64,000 bases of DNA from Candidatus Omnitrophota bacterium (GCA_023247795.1 JAHFFT010000002.1:31760-95759); one strand, 5' to 3'. Positions 20,068 to 29,308 are shown, counted from the first letter of the stretch. Notes: a model not told the origin generated them from the sequence alone. Program-made: numbers and translations.

Positions 20068-23000
20068 ATGAAGAATAGCCGTTTAAGCAATTTCAAATCA
20101 TCATTTTTTCGCAATATCCTTTTTTTGGTCATTGGATTAAGCTGTGGATGCACGTTTTTATGGTTGACGGTAAATGGACGCATTGGTGGTCATGATTTTT
20201 TGGACGTTGCGATTCATCGATATTTTTTTCTTAATCAAGCGATTTCTGCTCATGAATTCCCACAATGGATCCCTTATGTAGTCCATGGTGCCCCAACGGC
20301 ATATTCCAATGCGACGTATGATGGGCGACTTCAAGATGTTTTGCTCTTGATCTCCTCTTTCCTTCCTAAAATCAACTTTTTGACCTATCTCAACTTAGGC
20401 TTTCTTATCGATGAGTTGCTATTAGCAGTGGGCATGTGGTTATGGGCATCACGGGTGTTTCAGCATAAATTAACAATGGCCTTTGTATCGGGGACAGTGC
20501 TTGCGTCTTCGGTATGGGTTTATGCGCCCGGCTTTGATCTGCAGATTTATTGCGCCATTCCTTTGGTTCTTTATTTTTTTCATCAATTTTTAGATCAAGG
20601 GAAATGGCGATATTTTTTATTTGGGATGAATCTGTTGGCCATCCAAGCCATAGGGGAGCCTCCCTATTTTTTCCCGGCAACCACACTAGCGGTATTTTTA
20701 TATTTGGTATTTTACTGTTTGTTCAATATCAAGGACACATTGGTCAAACTGCGTCGAATCACGTTTCCCGTCTCTGCGGTCATAGCGTGTCTTCTGGTTA
20801 TATTGTCATTCGTGGTCGTTTATGGTTTTTTTCATTTCTCATTTGATCAAATTACGATCAATCGAGGAAGCAACCCTGAAGGGAAGATTGGCATTGAGCA
20901 ATTTTTATCGTATGAGGTCTCTTTCGGATTCACTAAATGGACAGAGTTGATTCTGGGCTTTTCTTCGCAGGTGGATATTATGCTTTATTCAGGAATTTCA
21001 ACCGTCATTTTGGTTATGTTCTATGTATTCACAGGTATTAAAAAGGAGAGTCTGCCAGTTTTGGGCACTTTTATTTTCCTCTTTTTCTTAAGTACCGGCG
21101 GCGGAATATTGGCAAAGATCTGTTATTATGTGTGGCCGTTGATGTCATATTTTCGCCAACTTGCGTACATAGCCATGATCGCTAAGGTTTTTTTGATTAT
21201 GTTAGCGGGGTTTGGCTTGGACCGGTTGATCGATGTGAAGCGTCAACCCAATGCCGGAATAAAGGTTAAGGGACCTTTGACCTTGTGTATTGTCTTCACG
21301 ATATTAATCGGCCTGTTCCTTTTCTTTGCGAGTTCCAATTTTGATTTGATGGTGCAATCAATGCGGCTCATCGGCAGGGAAATGTTAAAACCATATCTAC
21401 TGTCGGTTAATTTTTATGATTCTATCGTTGCTAGTGCGCGAGACGGTCAGTTTGAAGAAGGGGTCCCGTTGATAGCTTATCGGTTTATCGGTACTTCGCT
21501 GATTGCCGTTATCATCGCTGGATTGATGTGCGCTTTATTCATAAAAGATGTCGCGAAAAGGAAATTTTTTCTGACGGTGTTTGTCCTTTTTCATTTTTAT
21601 GATGTCTTTGGGTACAAGTATCTCGAGATGGGGTCAAGGTCGGTGAAGCTGAGGCAGCAGACCTTGGATTTTTTTAAGTTTCAAGATATGCCGTTCAATC
21701 GTCAGCGGCGAATGGATTTTGATAAAGATAATCCCAGATTCAATAACCTTTTTCCATATCGAGTGATGTATGCCATGGTGACCACCTTTTTTTTTACCGA
21801 TCAGGTGAATGGGGTATTTCGTACTGATTACTGGCCGAAGCCGTTCAATGATTACATTCGCGCGCATTGGCGGCTGCCTTTGGATGAGCATGATATCCCG
21901 AAATATGGATATGTCGATGACGAACGGCTTATTGTCCAGTATCCGCTGGATAAGGAATCGGCCCAAAAGATCTCCGGAATCACGAAAGAGAAAATACAGT
22001 TTTTTTCAAAGGCGTACGCGTTATCAAGTCGAGATCAGACCGCTGAGGTGTTGGCGGACCCTCAATATCAGGGGGACACGATTTTTCTTGATATGAATCA
22101 GGGCGCTGAAAAGTCTTACCAAGGAGTTGTCGAGGGTTTCAATAAAGATGAATTGAGCAGGAATGATCGGGTGACTTTGGGGTATGAGGTGCTGGAGTTT
22201 GACGCGAATAATTTGAAGTTATCGGTGAATAATGACAGCGGGCATCAGGTCTGGCTGCATTACAGTGACAGTTGGCATCCGCTTTGGAAGGTGACGATCA
22301 ATGGGAAAAAGGGGGATATCTACAAGTCGAATTTAGCATATAAGGCGGTGCTGTTAGAGCAGGGAGCTAATGTCGTATGGTTTCGGTTCCACTCATCGTG
22401 GATGGTATTTTTGCATTATGTGGTAGGGATCAACTCGTTGTTGTGGATCATCGCGTTGTTTGTGTTTATCGTCATGATTTTAAAACAAAAGCAAAAGAAT
22501 AATGCTTTTGAGTTGACCGGGCGGGAATGGGGGAAGACTTTTCTTATAGTGAGTATTTTAGTGGTCACGCATCTTATGTTAGCTAGACCCATTTCCAGAA
22601 TGGTGTATCCTACAAAAGACGGTAAGAACAATATGGATTATTTGGAACGATTGGCGAAGAGCGAGGATGTGTATGATGAACGAAAGGTTAAAGGGGGCAT
22701 CAAGGCGTTGACCCAACTAGCGCATGTGAAACCCTATCGAACCATCGCGTGGGAGGACCTAGGATTTTGTTATTACGCGAGCCATGATTGGGACAAGGCG
22801 TTGGAATATTACGCGCGATCGATCAAAGAGGAGCCGTTTTTCTACGCGGCGCATTACGACGCCGCATTGGTTTATTTACAACGCAAGGAGTATGGTGCTG
22901 CGATGGAACAATTGAAAGCGAGTGTGATGAAATTACAAAAATTCCGTTCCTTTGTGCAGAATCTGGTGGATAACGCGGCAAAGAATGGGACGGGTGATTT

Positions 23001-23181
23001 TGTATCGAGCGGGACCTCCCTTGTTGAAGAGATGAATCGTGATGAAGAGAAAATGTATTTATTGGTCAAGGGACAGTTGCCATCTGAGGATTTGAAGCCG
23101 CACTTCTTTGGAAAAGATCGACATGAATACTATAAACTGCTGATCGATCTCAATGACAAGTTTCATTTTTGGCAATCTTAG
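20068..23181 (+). CDS. YfhO-like GT-C membrane protein with C-terminal TPR (copy 2)
   Basis: Colinear high similarity to 16812..19913. Confidence 0.75.
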   Translation: MKNSRLSNFKSSFFRNILFLVIGLSCGCTFLWLTVNGRIGGHDFLDVAIHRYFFLNQAISAHEFPQWIPYVVHGAPTAYSNATYDGRLQDVLLLISSFLPKINFLTYLNLGFLIDELLLAVGMWLWASRVFQHKLTMAFVSGTVLASSVWVYAPGFDLQIYCAIPLVLYFFHQFLDQGKWRYFLFGMNLLAIQAIGEPPYFFPATTLAVFLYLVFYCLFNIKDTLVKLRRITFPVSAVIACLLVILSFVVVYGFFHFSFDQITINRGSNPEGKIGIEQFLSYEVSFGFTKWTELILGFSSQVDIMLYSGISTVILVMFYVFTGIKKESLPVLGTFIFLFFLSTGGGILAKICYYVWPLMSYFRQLAYIAMIAKVFLIMLAGFGLDRLIDVKRQPNAGIKVKGPLTLCIVFTILIGLFLFFASSNFDLMVQSMRLIGREMLKPYLLSVNFYDSIVASARDGQFEEGVPLIAYRFIGTSLIAVIIAGLMCALFIKDVAKRKFFLTVFVLFHFYDVFGYKYLEMGSRSVKLRQQTLDFFKFQDMPFNRQRRMDFDKDNPRFNNLFPYRVMYAMVTTFFFTDQVNGVFRTDYWPKPFNDYIRAHWRLPLDEHDIPKYGYVDDERLIVQYPLDKESAQKISGITKEKIQFFSKAYALSSRDQTAEVLADPQYQGDTIFLDMNQGAEKSYQGVVEGFNKDELSRNDRVTLGYEVLEFDANNLKLSVNNDSGHQVWLHYSDSWHPLWKVTINGKKGDIYKSNLAYKAVLLEQGANVVWFRFHSSWMVFLHYVVGINSLLWIIALFVFIVMILKQKQKNNAFELTGREWGKTFLIVSILVVTHLMLARPISRMVYPTKDGKNNMDYLERLAKSEDVYDERKVKGGIKALTQLAHVKPYRTIAWEDLGFCYYASHDWDKALEYYARSIKEEPFFYAAHYDAALVYLQRKEYGAAMEQLKASVMKLQKFRSFVQNLVDNAAKNGTGDFVSSGTSLVEEMNRDEEKMYLLVKGQLPSEDLKPHFFGKDRHEYYKLLIDLNDKFHFWQS

Positions 23182-23192
23182 TCCCTGGAAAG

Positions 23193-23251
23193 TAACAAGT
23201 CCGAGGCTAGAAGTTTCAACTAGCAAATTACTTGAGACCTGAAACATGAGA
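23193..23251. repeat. Inverted heptamer-period repeat element (copy 2; part of a duplicated intergenic spacer)
   Basis: TAACAAG TCCGAGG CTAGAAG TTTCAAC - 10 nt - CTTGAGA CCTGAAA CATGAGA; the spacer 23182-23276 nearly matches 19914-20008. Confidence 0.75.
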
Positions 23252-23332
23252 CCCTAGTTATGGGGTCGTCACCTTCTTTTGTGGTTAGGTGTTCAATGAT
23301 TTATGAATATGTGATAGATTGAATTTATAGAT

Positions 23333-26300
23333 ATGAAGAATAAGCGTTTAGGCAATCCCCAACCAGCATTCCCTTACAATATTCTTTTTTTGCTCGTTGC
23401 ATTAAGTTGTGGATTGACGTTTTTATGGTTGACGCTTGATGGACGGATAGGGTGTCGTGATTTTTTGGACCTTGCGATTCATCGATATTTCTTCCTGAAT
23501 CAAGCGATCACGGGTCATGAATTCCCACAGTGGGTCCCTTATGTAGTTCATGGTGCCCCAACGGCATATTCCAATGGGGAATTTGGTGGCCGTCTTCAAG
23601 ATGTTTTGCTTTTGATCTCCTCTTTCCTTCCTAAAATCAACTTTCTGACTTATCTCAACCTAGGTTTTCTTATCGATGAGTTGTTATTAGCGGTGGGCAT
23701 GTGGTTGTGGGCGTCACGATTGTTTCAGCATAAATTAACAATGGCCTTTGTATCGGGGACAGTGCTTGCGTCTTCAGTATGGGTTTATGCGCCCGGTTTT
23801 AACCTGCAGATTTATTGCGCCATTCCTTTGGTTCTTTACTTTTTCCATCAATTTTTAGATCAAGGGAGATGGCGTTATTTTTTATTTGGGATGAATCTGT
23901 TGGCCATCCAAGCCATTGGGGGCGCCCCTTACTTTTTCCCGGTAAGTAGTCTTGTGGTATTTTTATACACGGTATTTTATTGTTTGTTTAATGCGCGGGA
24001 TACCCAGGTCAAACTCCGTCGAATCAAGTTTTCCGTCCCTGCTGTCATATCGTGCCTTTTGGTCATATTGTCATTCATGATTGTTTTTAGCTTTTATCAT
24101 TTTTCATTTGATCAAATTACGATCAATCGAGAAGCCGACCCTGAAGGGAAGATTGGCATTGTGCAATTTCTGTCTTATGGCGGAAGTGCTGGTTTTGCTA
24201 AATGGAGCGCTTTGTTATTAGGCTTTTCTTCGCATTTGGACATAATGCTTTATTCAGGAATCCTGACAGTGCTGTTAGTTATTTTTTATCTGCTGACAGG
24301 TTTGAAAAGAGAAGGTGTGCCCATTTTGGTGACATTTATTTTCCTACTTTTTTTCAGCGCTGGAGGAGTCTTAACAAAGATTTGTTATTATGTGTGGCCA
24401 CTCATGTCTTATTACCGACATGTTACCTATACAGCGATGATCGCGAAAGTTTTTATGATCATGTTAGCTGGGTTTGGTTTGGACCGCCTAATGCACTGGA
24501 AATTTCAAGTCTCTGAGGAAAAACACGGTAAGCGGTCTTTGGTTTTTATGATCGTCCTCGCGCTATTGATGGGGATTTCCTTCATTTATGTGTGTTCAAG
24601 TGGGCAGGCCGTTTATGATTTGATGGTAAAATTGAAGGCCATGACTGATGTATTTCTTCTTAGGCAATATCATCTTTCCAATGAGAGTTTTTATGATTTT
24701 ATCCTCAATGGCCTGGGGGAGGGAAGGGGGCAATTTGATGAAGGAATCTCGCTGATTGTTTGTCAACTCACTCGCGCGGCGATTGCGGCTTTAATGATTG
24801 GAGGTTTGCTTTGTGTTTTGTTAGTTAAGGATAAGATTAAAAAGGGTCTGTTGATCACCGTTTTGGTCCTTTTTCATTTCTCCGACGTGTTTGGTTATAA
24901 ATGTTTGGAAATGAATTTAAGAACGGTGAAATTAGATCGGCAAATGACCGATCTCTTTAATTTTCATGACATGTCATTTAATCGTCAGCGACGGACAGAT
25001 TTAGATTGGATGAATCCCAGAGTTTTTTCCTTTTTTAAAGATGAGGCCCTTTTAAAGGTTTTACTATCAAGTCGATGGCTGTATTCATCGGATAATACCT
25101 TGCTCTTCACCGACCAGGTGAATGGGGCATTTCGTACCGATTATTGGCCGAAGTCGTTCAATGATTACATTCGCGCGCATTGGCGGCTGCCTTTGGATGA
25201 GTATGCTATCCCCAAAGAAAAGAACAAGAGTCAAAGTCTCATAGTGTTTCCATTTGAGAAAGAATCGGCCAAGAAGATATCAGGAATCACGAAAGAGAAA
25301 ATCCAGTTTTTTTCAAAGGCGTACGCGCTATCGAGTCGAGATCAGACCGCCGAGGTGTTGGCGGACCCTCAATATCAGGGGGATGCGATCTTTCTTGATA
25401 TGGATCAGGATGCTGAAAAGTCTTACCAAGGAGTTGTTGAGGGTTTCAATAAGGATGAATTGAGCAGGAATGATCGGGTGATTTTGAGGTATGAGGTGCT
25501 GGAGTTTGACGCGAATAATTTGAAGTTATCGGTGAATAATGACAGCGGGCAAAAGGTCTGGCTGCATTACAGTGACAGTTGGCATCCGCTTGGGAAGGTG
25601 ACGATCAATGGGAAGAAGGGGGAGATCTACAAGTCGAATTTAGCTTATAAGGCGGTGCTGTTGGAACAGGGTGCTAATGTCGTATGGTTCCGGTTCCACT
25701 CATCGTGGATGGTGTTTTTGCATTATGTGGTAGGGATCAACTCGCTGTTGTGGATCATCGCGTTATTTGTGTTTATCGTCATGATTTTAAGAGAAAAGGA
25801 TACGACATCGGAATTGGGAGGGAAAGATTGGGGGTTTGTTTTTCTGCTAGCATCAATCTTGGTGATTGGGCATCTGATTTTAGCCAACACCATTCCCAGA
25901 GTGATGTACCGAACAGATAAGGACGGGAAGAGCAATATGGATTATTTGGAACGATTGGCGAAGCACGAGGAAGTCTATGATGAAGGGAAGGTCAAAGGGG
26001 GAGTGAGGGTGTTGAACCGGCTCGCACAGGTCAAATCCTATCGAGCCATCGCGTGGGAGGACCTAGGATTTTGTTATTACGCGAGCCATGATGGGGACAA
26101 GGCGTTGGAATATTACGCGCGATCGATCAAAGAGGAACCGTTTTTTTATGCGGCGCATTATGATGCCGCGTTGGTTTATTTACAACGCAAGGAGTATGGG
26201 GCTGCGATGGAACAATTGAAAGCGGGTGTGATCAAATTACAAACATTTCGCTCTCTTGTGCAGAATCTGGTGAATGACGCGGCAAAGAATGGGATGGGTG

Positions 26301-26485
26301 ATTTTGTCAATAACGGGATCGCGTTAGTTGAAGAGATGAATCAGGATGAAGAGAAAATGTATTTATTGGTAAAGGGACAGTTGTCATCGGAGGACTTGAA
26401 TCCGCATTTCTTTGGAAAAGAAAAACATGATTTTTATAAGACCCTTGTTGATTTCAACAATTGGAATCATTTTTGGAACAATTAA
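23333..26485 (+). CDS. YfhO-like GT-C membrane protein with C-terminal TPR (copy 3)
   Basis: Colinear high similarity to copies 1 and 2. Confidence 0.75.
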   Translation: MKNKRLGNPQPAFPYNILFLLVALSCGLTFLWLTLDGRIGCRDFLDLAIHRYFFLNQAITGHEFPQWVPYVVHGAPTAYSNGEFGGRLQDVLLLISSFLPKINFLTYLNLGFLIDELLLAVGMWLWASRLFQHKLTMAFVSGTVLASSVWVYAPGFNLQIYCAIPLVLYFFHQFLDQGRWRYFLFGMNLLAIQAIGGAPYFFPVSSLVVFLYTVFYCLFNARDTQVKLRRIKFSVPAVISCLLVILSFMIVFSFYHFSFDQITINREADPEGKIGIVQFLSYGGSAGFAKWSALLLGFSSHLDIMLYSGILTVLLVIFYLLTGLKREGVPILVTFIFLLFFSAGGVLTKICYYVWPLMSYYRHVTYTAMIAKVFMIMLAGFGLDRLMHWKFQVSEEKHGKRSLVFMIVLALLMGISFIYVCSSGQAVYDLMVKLKAMTDVFLLRQYHLSNESFYDFILNGLGEGRGQFDEGISLIVCQLTRAAIAALMIGGLLCVLLVKDKIKKGLLITVLVLFHFSDVFGYKCLEMNLRTVKLDRQMTDLFNFHDMSFNRQRRTDLDWMNPRVFSFFKDEALLKVLLSSRWLYSSDNTLLFTDQVNGAFRTDYWPKSFNDYIRAHWRLPLDEYAIPKEKNKSQSLIVFPFEKESAKKISGITKEKIQFFSKAYALSSRDQTAEVLADPQYQGDAIFLDMDQDAEKSYQGVVEGFNKDELSRNDRVILRYEVLEFDANNLKLSVNNDSGQKVWLHYSDSWHPLGKVTINGKKGEIYKSNLAYKAVLLEQGANVVWFRFHSSWMVFLHYVVGINSLLWIIALFVFIVMILREKDTTSELGGKDWGFVFLLASILVIGHLILANTIPRVMYRTDKDGKSNMDYLERLAKHEEVYDEGKVKGGVRVLNRLAQVKSYRAIAWEDLGFCYYASHDGDKALEYYARSIKEEPFFYAAHYDAALVYLQRKEYGAAMEQLKAGVIKLQTFRSLVQNLVNDAAKNGMGDFVNNGIALVEEMNQDEEKMYLLVKGQLSSEDLNPHFFGKEKHDFYKTLVDFNNWNHFWNN

Positions 26486-26530
26486 ATTGTGAATCGGTGG
26501 ATTGAGAGGTGTGGGATGGGAAGAAAAATC

Positions 26531-26559
26531 TTTACAAAGCGAATTTTCAGTATTAAGAT
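26531..26559 (+). promoter_or_regulatory. Sigma70-type promoter for tRNA-Asp
   Basis: TTTACA-17 nt-TAAGAT, 23 nt upstream of the tRNA. Confidence 0.6.
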
Positions 26560-26582
26560 AACCCGCTTATAGGTCAAATTTT

Positions 26583-26660
26583 GGGCCCGTGGTGTAGTTT
26601 GGTTAACATATCTGATTGTCGATCAGAAGATCGCGAGTTCAAATCTCGTCGGGCCCGCCA
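26583..26660 (+). tRNA. trnD: tRNA-Asp (GTC)
   Basis: Acceptor stem GGGCCCG/CGGGCCC, discriminator G, encoded CCA; anticodon arm TCTGA-TTGTCGA-TCAGA; T-loop GTTCAAATC. Confidence 0.96.
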
Positions 26661-26744
26661 TCTCAACGACCCTTCAAGTGAAGTTTTTTTTATTTGCTGA
26701 GAACCATCCGATTGGGGCCCGATTTTTAAGAGCCTTGCTATTTC

Positions 26745-26770
26745 AAGAGCCGGAACATGGCTCTTTTTTT
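26745..26770 (+). terminator. Intrinsic terminator downstream of the tRNA
   Basis: AAGAGCC-GGAACAT-GGCTCTT followed by a T tract. Confidence 0.65.
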
Positions 26771-26784
26771 GTGCTTATGCTACA

Positions 26785-28071
26785 ATGCACACTATGTTTC
26801 CCGCAGAATATTCACAAGGGAGCGTCCCTCAGCAGGCGTTGGATTTGTTGGAAAAGACCGAGGAACACCTCTTCGTGACTGGCAAGGCCGGGACCGGTAA
26901 GACTACCCTTCTACGCTATCTTAAAGAAAAAAGCAAAAAAAATATCGTGATCGTTGCCCCGACGGGCGTCTCCGCCATTCATATCAAAGGACAGACGATC
27001 CATTCTTTTTTTCGTTTCCCACCGAAATTCATCCGTAAAGAAAACCTTCATCGCCTGAACAATAGTCCTCTCATGCGCAAGATGGACACGCTTATGATTG
27101 ATGAGGTGTCGATGCTCAGAGCAGATCTACTTGACGGGATTGATTATTCGCTGCGTCTCAACCGGGATGAGATGAAGAAGCCTTTCGGCGGGGTGCAGGT
27201 GTTTTTTTTTGGTGATCTTTATCAACTGCCGCCGGTGGTCGACCGGGAGATGAAAGAAGTCTTTGATTTGGATTATCAGAGCCCGTATTTTTTTAGCGCC
27301 AGAGTTTTTCAGGAATTGAAGTTGAAAAAACTCGAATTGACAGAAGTCCATCGGCAGAAAGACGATGAGTTCCTTTCGCTGCTTGAGAAAATCCGGACCA
27401 AGACCATGACGAAAATGGACTTAAGCCAGATCAATCGCCTGACGGAAAACGAATTCGATGAAGAATCTTCGGTGATCTTAACGACGACCAATCAAAGGGC
27501 CGGGGCCATCAATAAAACGAGGTTGGCCAGACTCACCGGCCAAGAATTTGTTTACAAGGCTAGCGTGAGCGGCCAATTTGAAGACGGGAGCTTCCCGACG
27601 GACGATCATTTGTCTTTGAAAAAGGGGGCGCAGATCATGCTCATCCGCAATGATGACCAGAAACGCTGGGTCAATGGTACCTTGGCAAAGATCCATGATT
27701 TGGACCAGGATTTCATTCGCGTTGAAATCAACGGCTGCGTTCATGACGTCACTCCTTTCATTTGGGAGAAGATCAGTTACACCTACAATGATGTTGAAGA
27801 CAAGATTGATGAAAAGGTCATGGGTCGATTCGAACAATATCCGATCAAGTTGGCCTGGGCAGTCACCATCCATAAAAGTCAGGGCCAGACGTTTGATAAA
27901 ATTGTCGTCGACTTTGACGCCGGGGCCTTTTCGCACGGGCAAGTCTATGTGGCTTTAAGCCGGTGCACGTCAATGGCAGGGATCACGCTAAGGCGGCCGT
28001 TATTGCACAGCGACGTGATTTTGGATGAACGGATCCATCGTTTTAAGGAAGACTGCTTGAGCATTGGTTAG
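26785..28071 (+). CDS. Pif1-family SF1B DNA helicase
   Basis: GKAGTGKT, DEVSM, GDLYQLPPV, VHRQ, LAWAVTIHKSQGQT, YVALSRC. Confidence 0.9.
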   Translation: MHTMFPAEYSQGSVPQQALDLLEKTEEHLFVTGKAGTGKTTLLRYLKEKSKKNIVIVAPTGVSAIHIKGQTIHSFFRFPPKFIRKENLHRLNNSPLMRKMDTLMIDEVSMLRADLLDGIDYSLRLNRDEMKKPFGGVQVFFFGDLYQLPPVVDREMKEVFDLDYQSPYFFSARVFQELKLKKLELTEVHRQKDDEFLSLLEKIRTKTMTKMDLSQINRLTENEFDEESSVILTTTNQRAGAINKTRLARLTGQEFVYKASVSGQFEDGSFPTDDHLSLKKGAQIMLIRNDDQKRWVNGTLAKIHDLDQDFIRVEINGCVHDVTPFIWEKISYTYNDVEDKIDEKVMGRFEQYPIKLAWAVTIHKSQGQTFDKIVVDFDAGAFSHGQVYVALSRCTSMAGITLRRPLLHSDVILDERIHRFKEDCLSIG

Positions 28072-28105
28072 GCCGCAACCGTTAACGAGAAGGAGAATTC
28101 AATCG

Positions 28106-28456
28106 ATGAAAAAATGTCCCTTTTGCGCGAAAGAGTTGGAAGCTGGCGCGACCAAATGTTTGAGTTGTGGAGGGTCTTTAGATCAGGGGCTGACCCCGGC
28201 AGCAGCGCAAGCATCGGAAGAGAAATTAAAATGGTATTTTCGCACGCACACGTTGGTGATTATTTTTTTGTCCATCGGTCCATTGGTTTTGCCGCTCATT
28301 TGGCTGCGGCCGGCCTGGAGTATCAAGACAAAAATCATTTGGACGCTGATCATTGGTATTTTAAGCTGGTGGATGGGGATGGCGACGGTCAAAGCGTTTA
28401 AGGCGATCTGGGATTATTATCAGGTCATCTTTGGCAATATACCAGCGGGTCTTTAA
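28106..28456 (+). CDS. Zinc-ribbon domain membrane protein
   Basis: MKKCPFCA...KCLSCG followed by two TM helices; AGGAG RBS. Confidence 0.75.
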   Translation: MKKCPFCAKELEAGATKCLSCGGSLDQGLTPAAAQASEEKLKWYFRTHTLVIIFLSIGPLVLPLIWLRPAWSIKTKIIWTLIIGILSWWMGMATVKAFKAIWDYYQVIFGNIPAGL

Positions 28457-28484
28457 AAAATAATTATTTTTGAAAGGATTTTTT

Positions 28485-28706
28485 ATGCCAAAAATCAATG
28501 AGCTGATCGAATGGGATTATTTAGGCGCGCATTACAGCCTTTACGTTAAGCGTTTTGTCGACGAGGACGGTCGTAGGGGGATGACGATGATTTTTGAAGA
28601 CGTCACGCACGAAAAAGTCACGGAAATGGTGATCCCTTCCCGGAAAATGCCTTCCTTCTTACGGGTCGTGAATGACGGGGCCCCGCGCTACGGCGGGATC
28701 ATTTGA
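28485..28706 (+). CDS. Small hypothetical protein
   Basis: AAAGGA RBS; fills the gap between its neighbours. Confidence 0.6.
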   Translation: MPKINELIEWDYLGAHYSLYVKRFVDEDGRRGMTMIFEDVTHEKVTEMVIPSRKMPSFLRVVNDGAPRYGGII

Positions 28707-28727
28707 GATTTGCTGAGGGTTGTTTGT

Positions 28728-28991
28728 ATGTGGCACGTTTATATTTTACAGACCCAATCCGGCCCTTTGTACACGGGGATCACCAATGATCTTGTGCGCC
28801 GGATGAAAGAACATCAAGAAGGGAAGGGGTCACATTTTACGAGGGCGTTCAAATTTTCAAAATTGCTCTACCAAAGAGCTTGCCGTACGCGGTCCACGGC
28901 GCTTAAACGCGAAGCCGCCATCAAAAATTTGACGAGGGAAGAGAAACTCAAACTCATTTCTACTTACCATAACAAGGAGTCAGTCCTATGA
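28728..28991 (+). CDS. GIY-YIG nuclease family protein (UPF0213-like)
   Basis: WHVYIL...LYTGITNDLVRR...H..GKG...ALKREAAIK. Confidence 0.88.
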   Translation: MWHVYILQTQSGPLYTGITNDLVRRMKEHQEGKGSHFTRAFKFSKLLYQRACRTRSTALKREAAIKNLTREEKLKLISTYHNKESVL

Positions 28992-29308
28992 TCAGCATCA
29001 ATCAATTCAAGGAACTCGAAATCATCGTCGCTCAAATCAAGGAAGTTAAAGTGCACCCGAACGCCGACAAACTGTATGTGATTAAAGTTGATACGGGAAC
29101 CGCTGAAAAGCAGCTCATCGCCGGGATTCGGCCGGTTTACACCAAAGAGGAGCTCATTGGCAGACAGGTCATCATGATCAATAATCTCGAACCGGCGGTG
29201 ATCCGCGGAGAGGAATCGCAAGGGATGATCTTAGCCGCTGGTGGTCCAGAAAATATCACCTTGTTAAAGCCGGAAAAAGATGTCGCGTTGGGTAGCCGCG
29301 TTAAGTAA
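28988..29308 (+). CDS. Stand-alone tRNA-binding OB-fold protein (MetRS C-terminal/CsaA/Trbp111-like)
   Basis: HPNADKL, NLEPAVIRGEESQGMILAA. Confidence 0.88.
   Translation: MISINQFKELEIIVAQIKEVKVHPNADKLYVIKVDTGTAEKQLIAGIRPVYTKEELIGRQVIMINNLEPAVIRGEESQGMILAAGGPENITLLKPEKDVALGSRVK

Noticed and set aside
19914-23332. CRISPR array or integron attC sites in the repeated spacers
   Set aside because: Only two spacer copies, 3.27 kb apart; no repeat-spacer periodicity, no cas genes or integrase, and no RYYYAAC...GTTRRRY boxes.
16812-26485. Diversity-generating retroelement acting on the paralog array
   Set aside because: No reverse transcriptase in the window. Differences between copies include indels and all base types, not adenine-specific substitutions in a TR/VR pair.
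26583-26730. Integrative element at tRNA-Asp
   Set aside because: No integrase and no duplicated tRNA 3' end seen; only a 7-bp GGGCCCG echo at about 26715.
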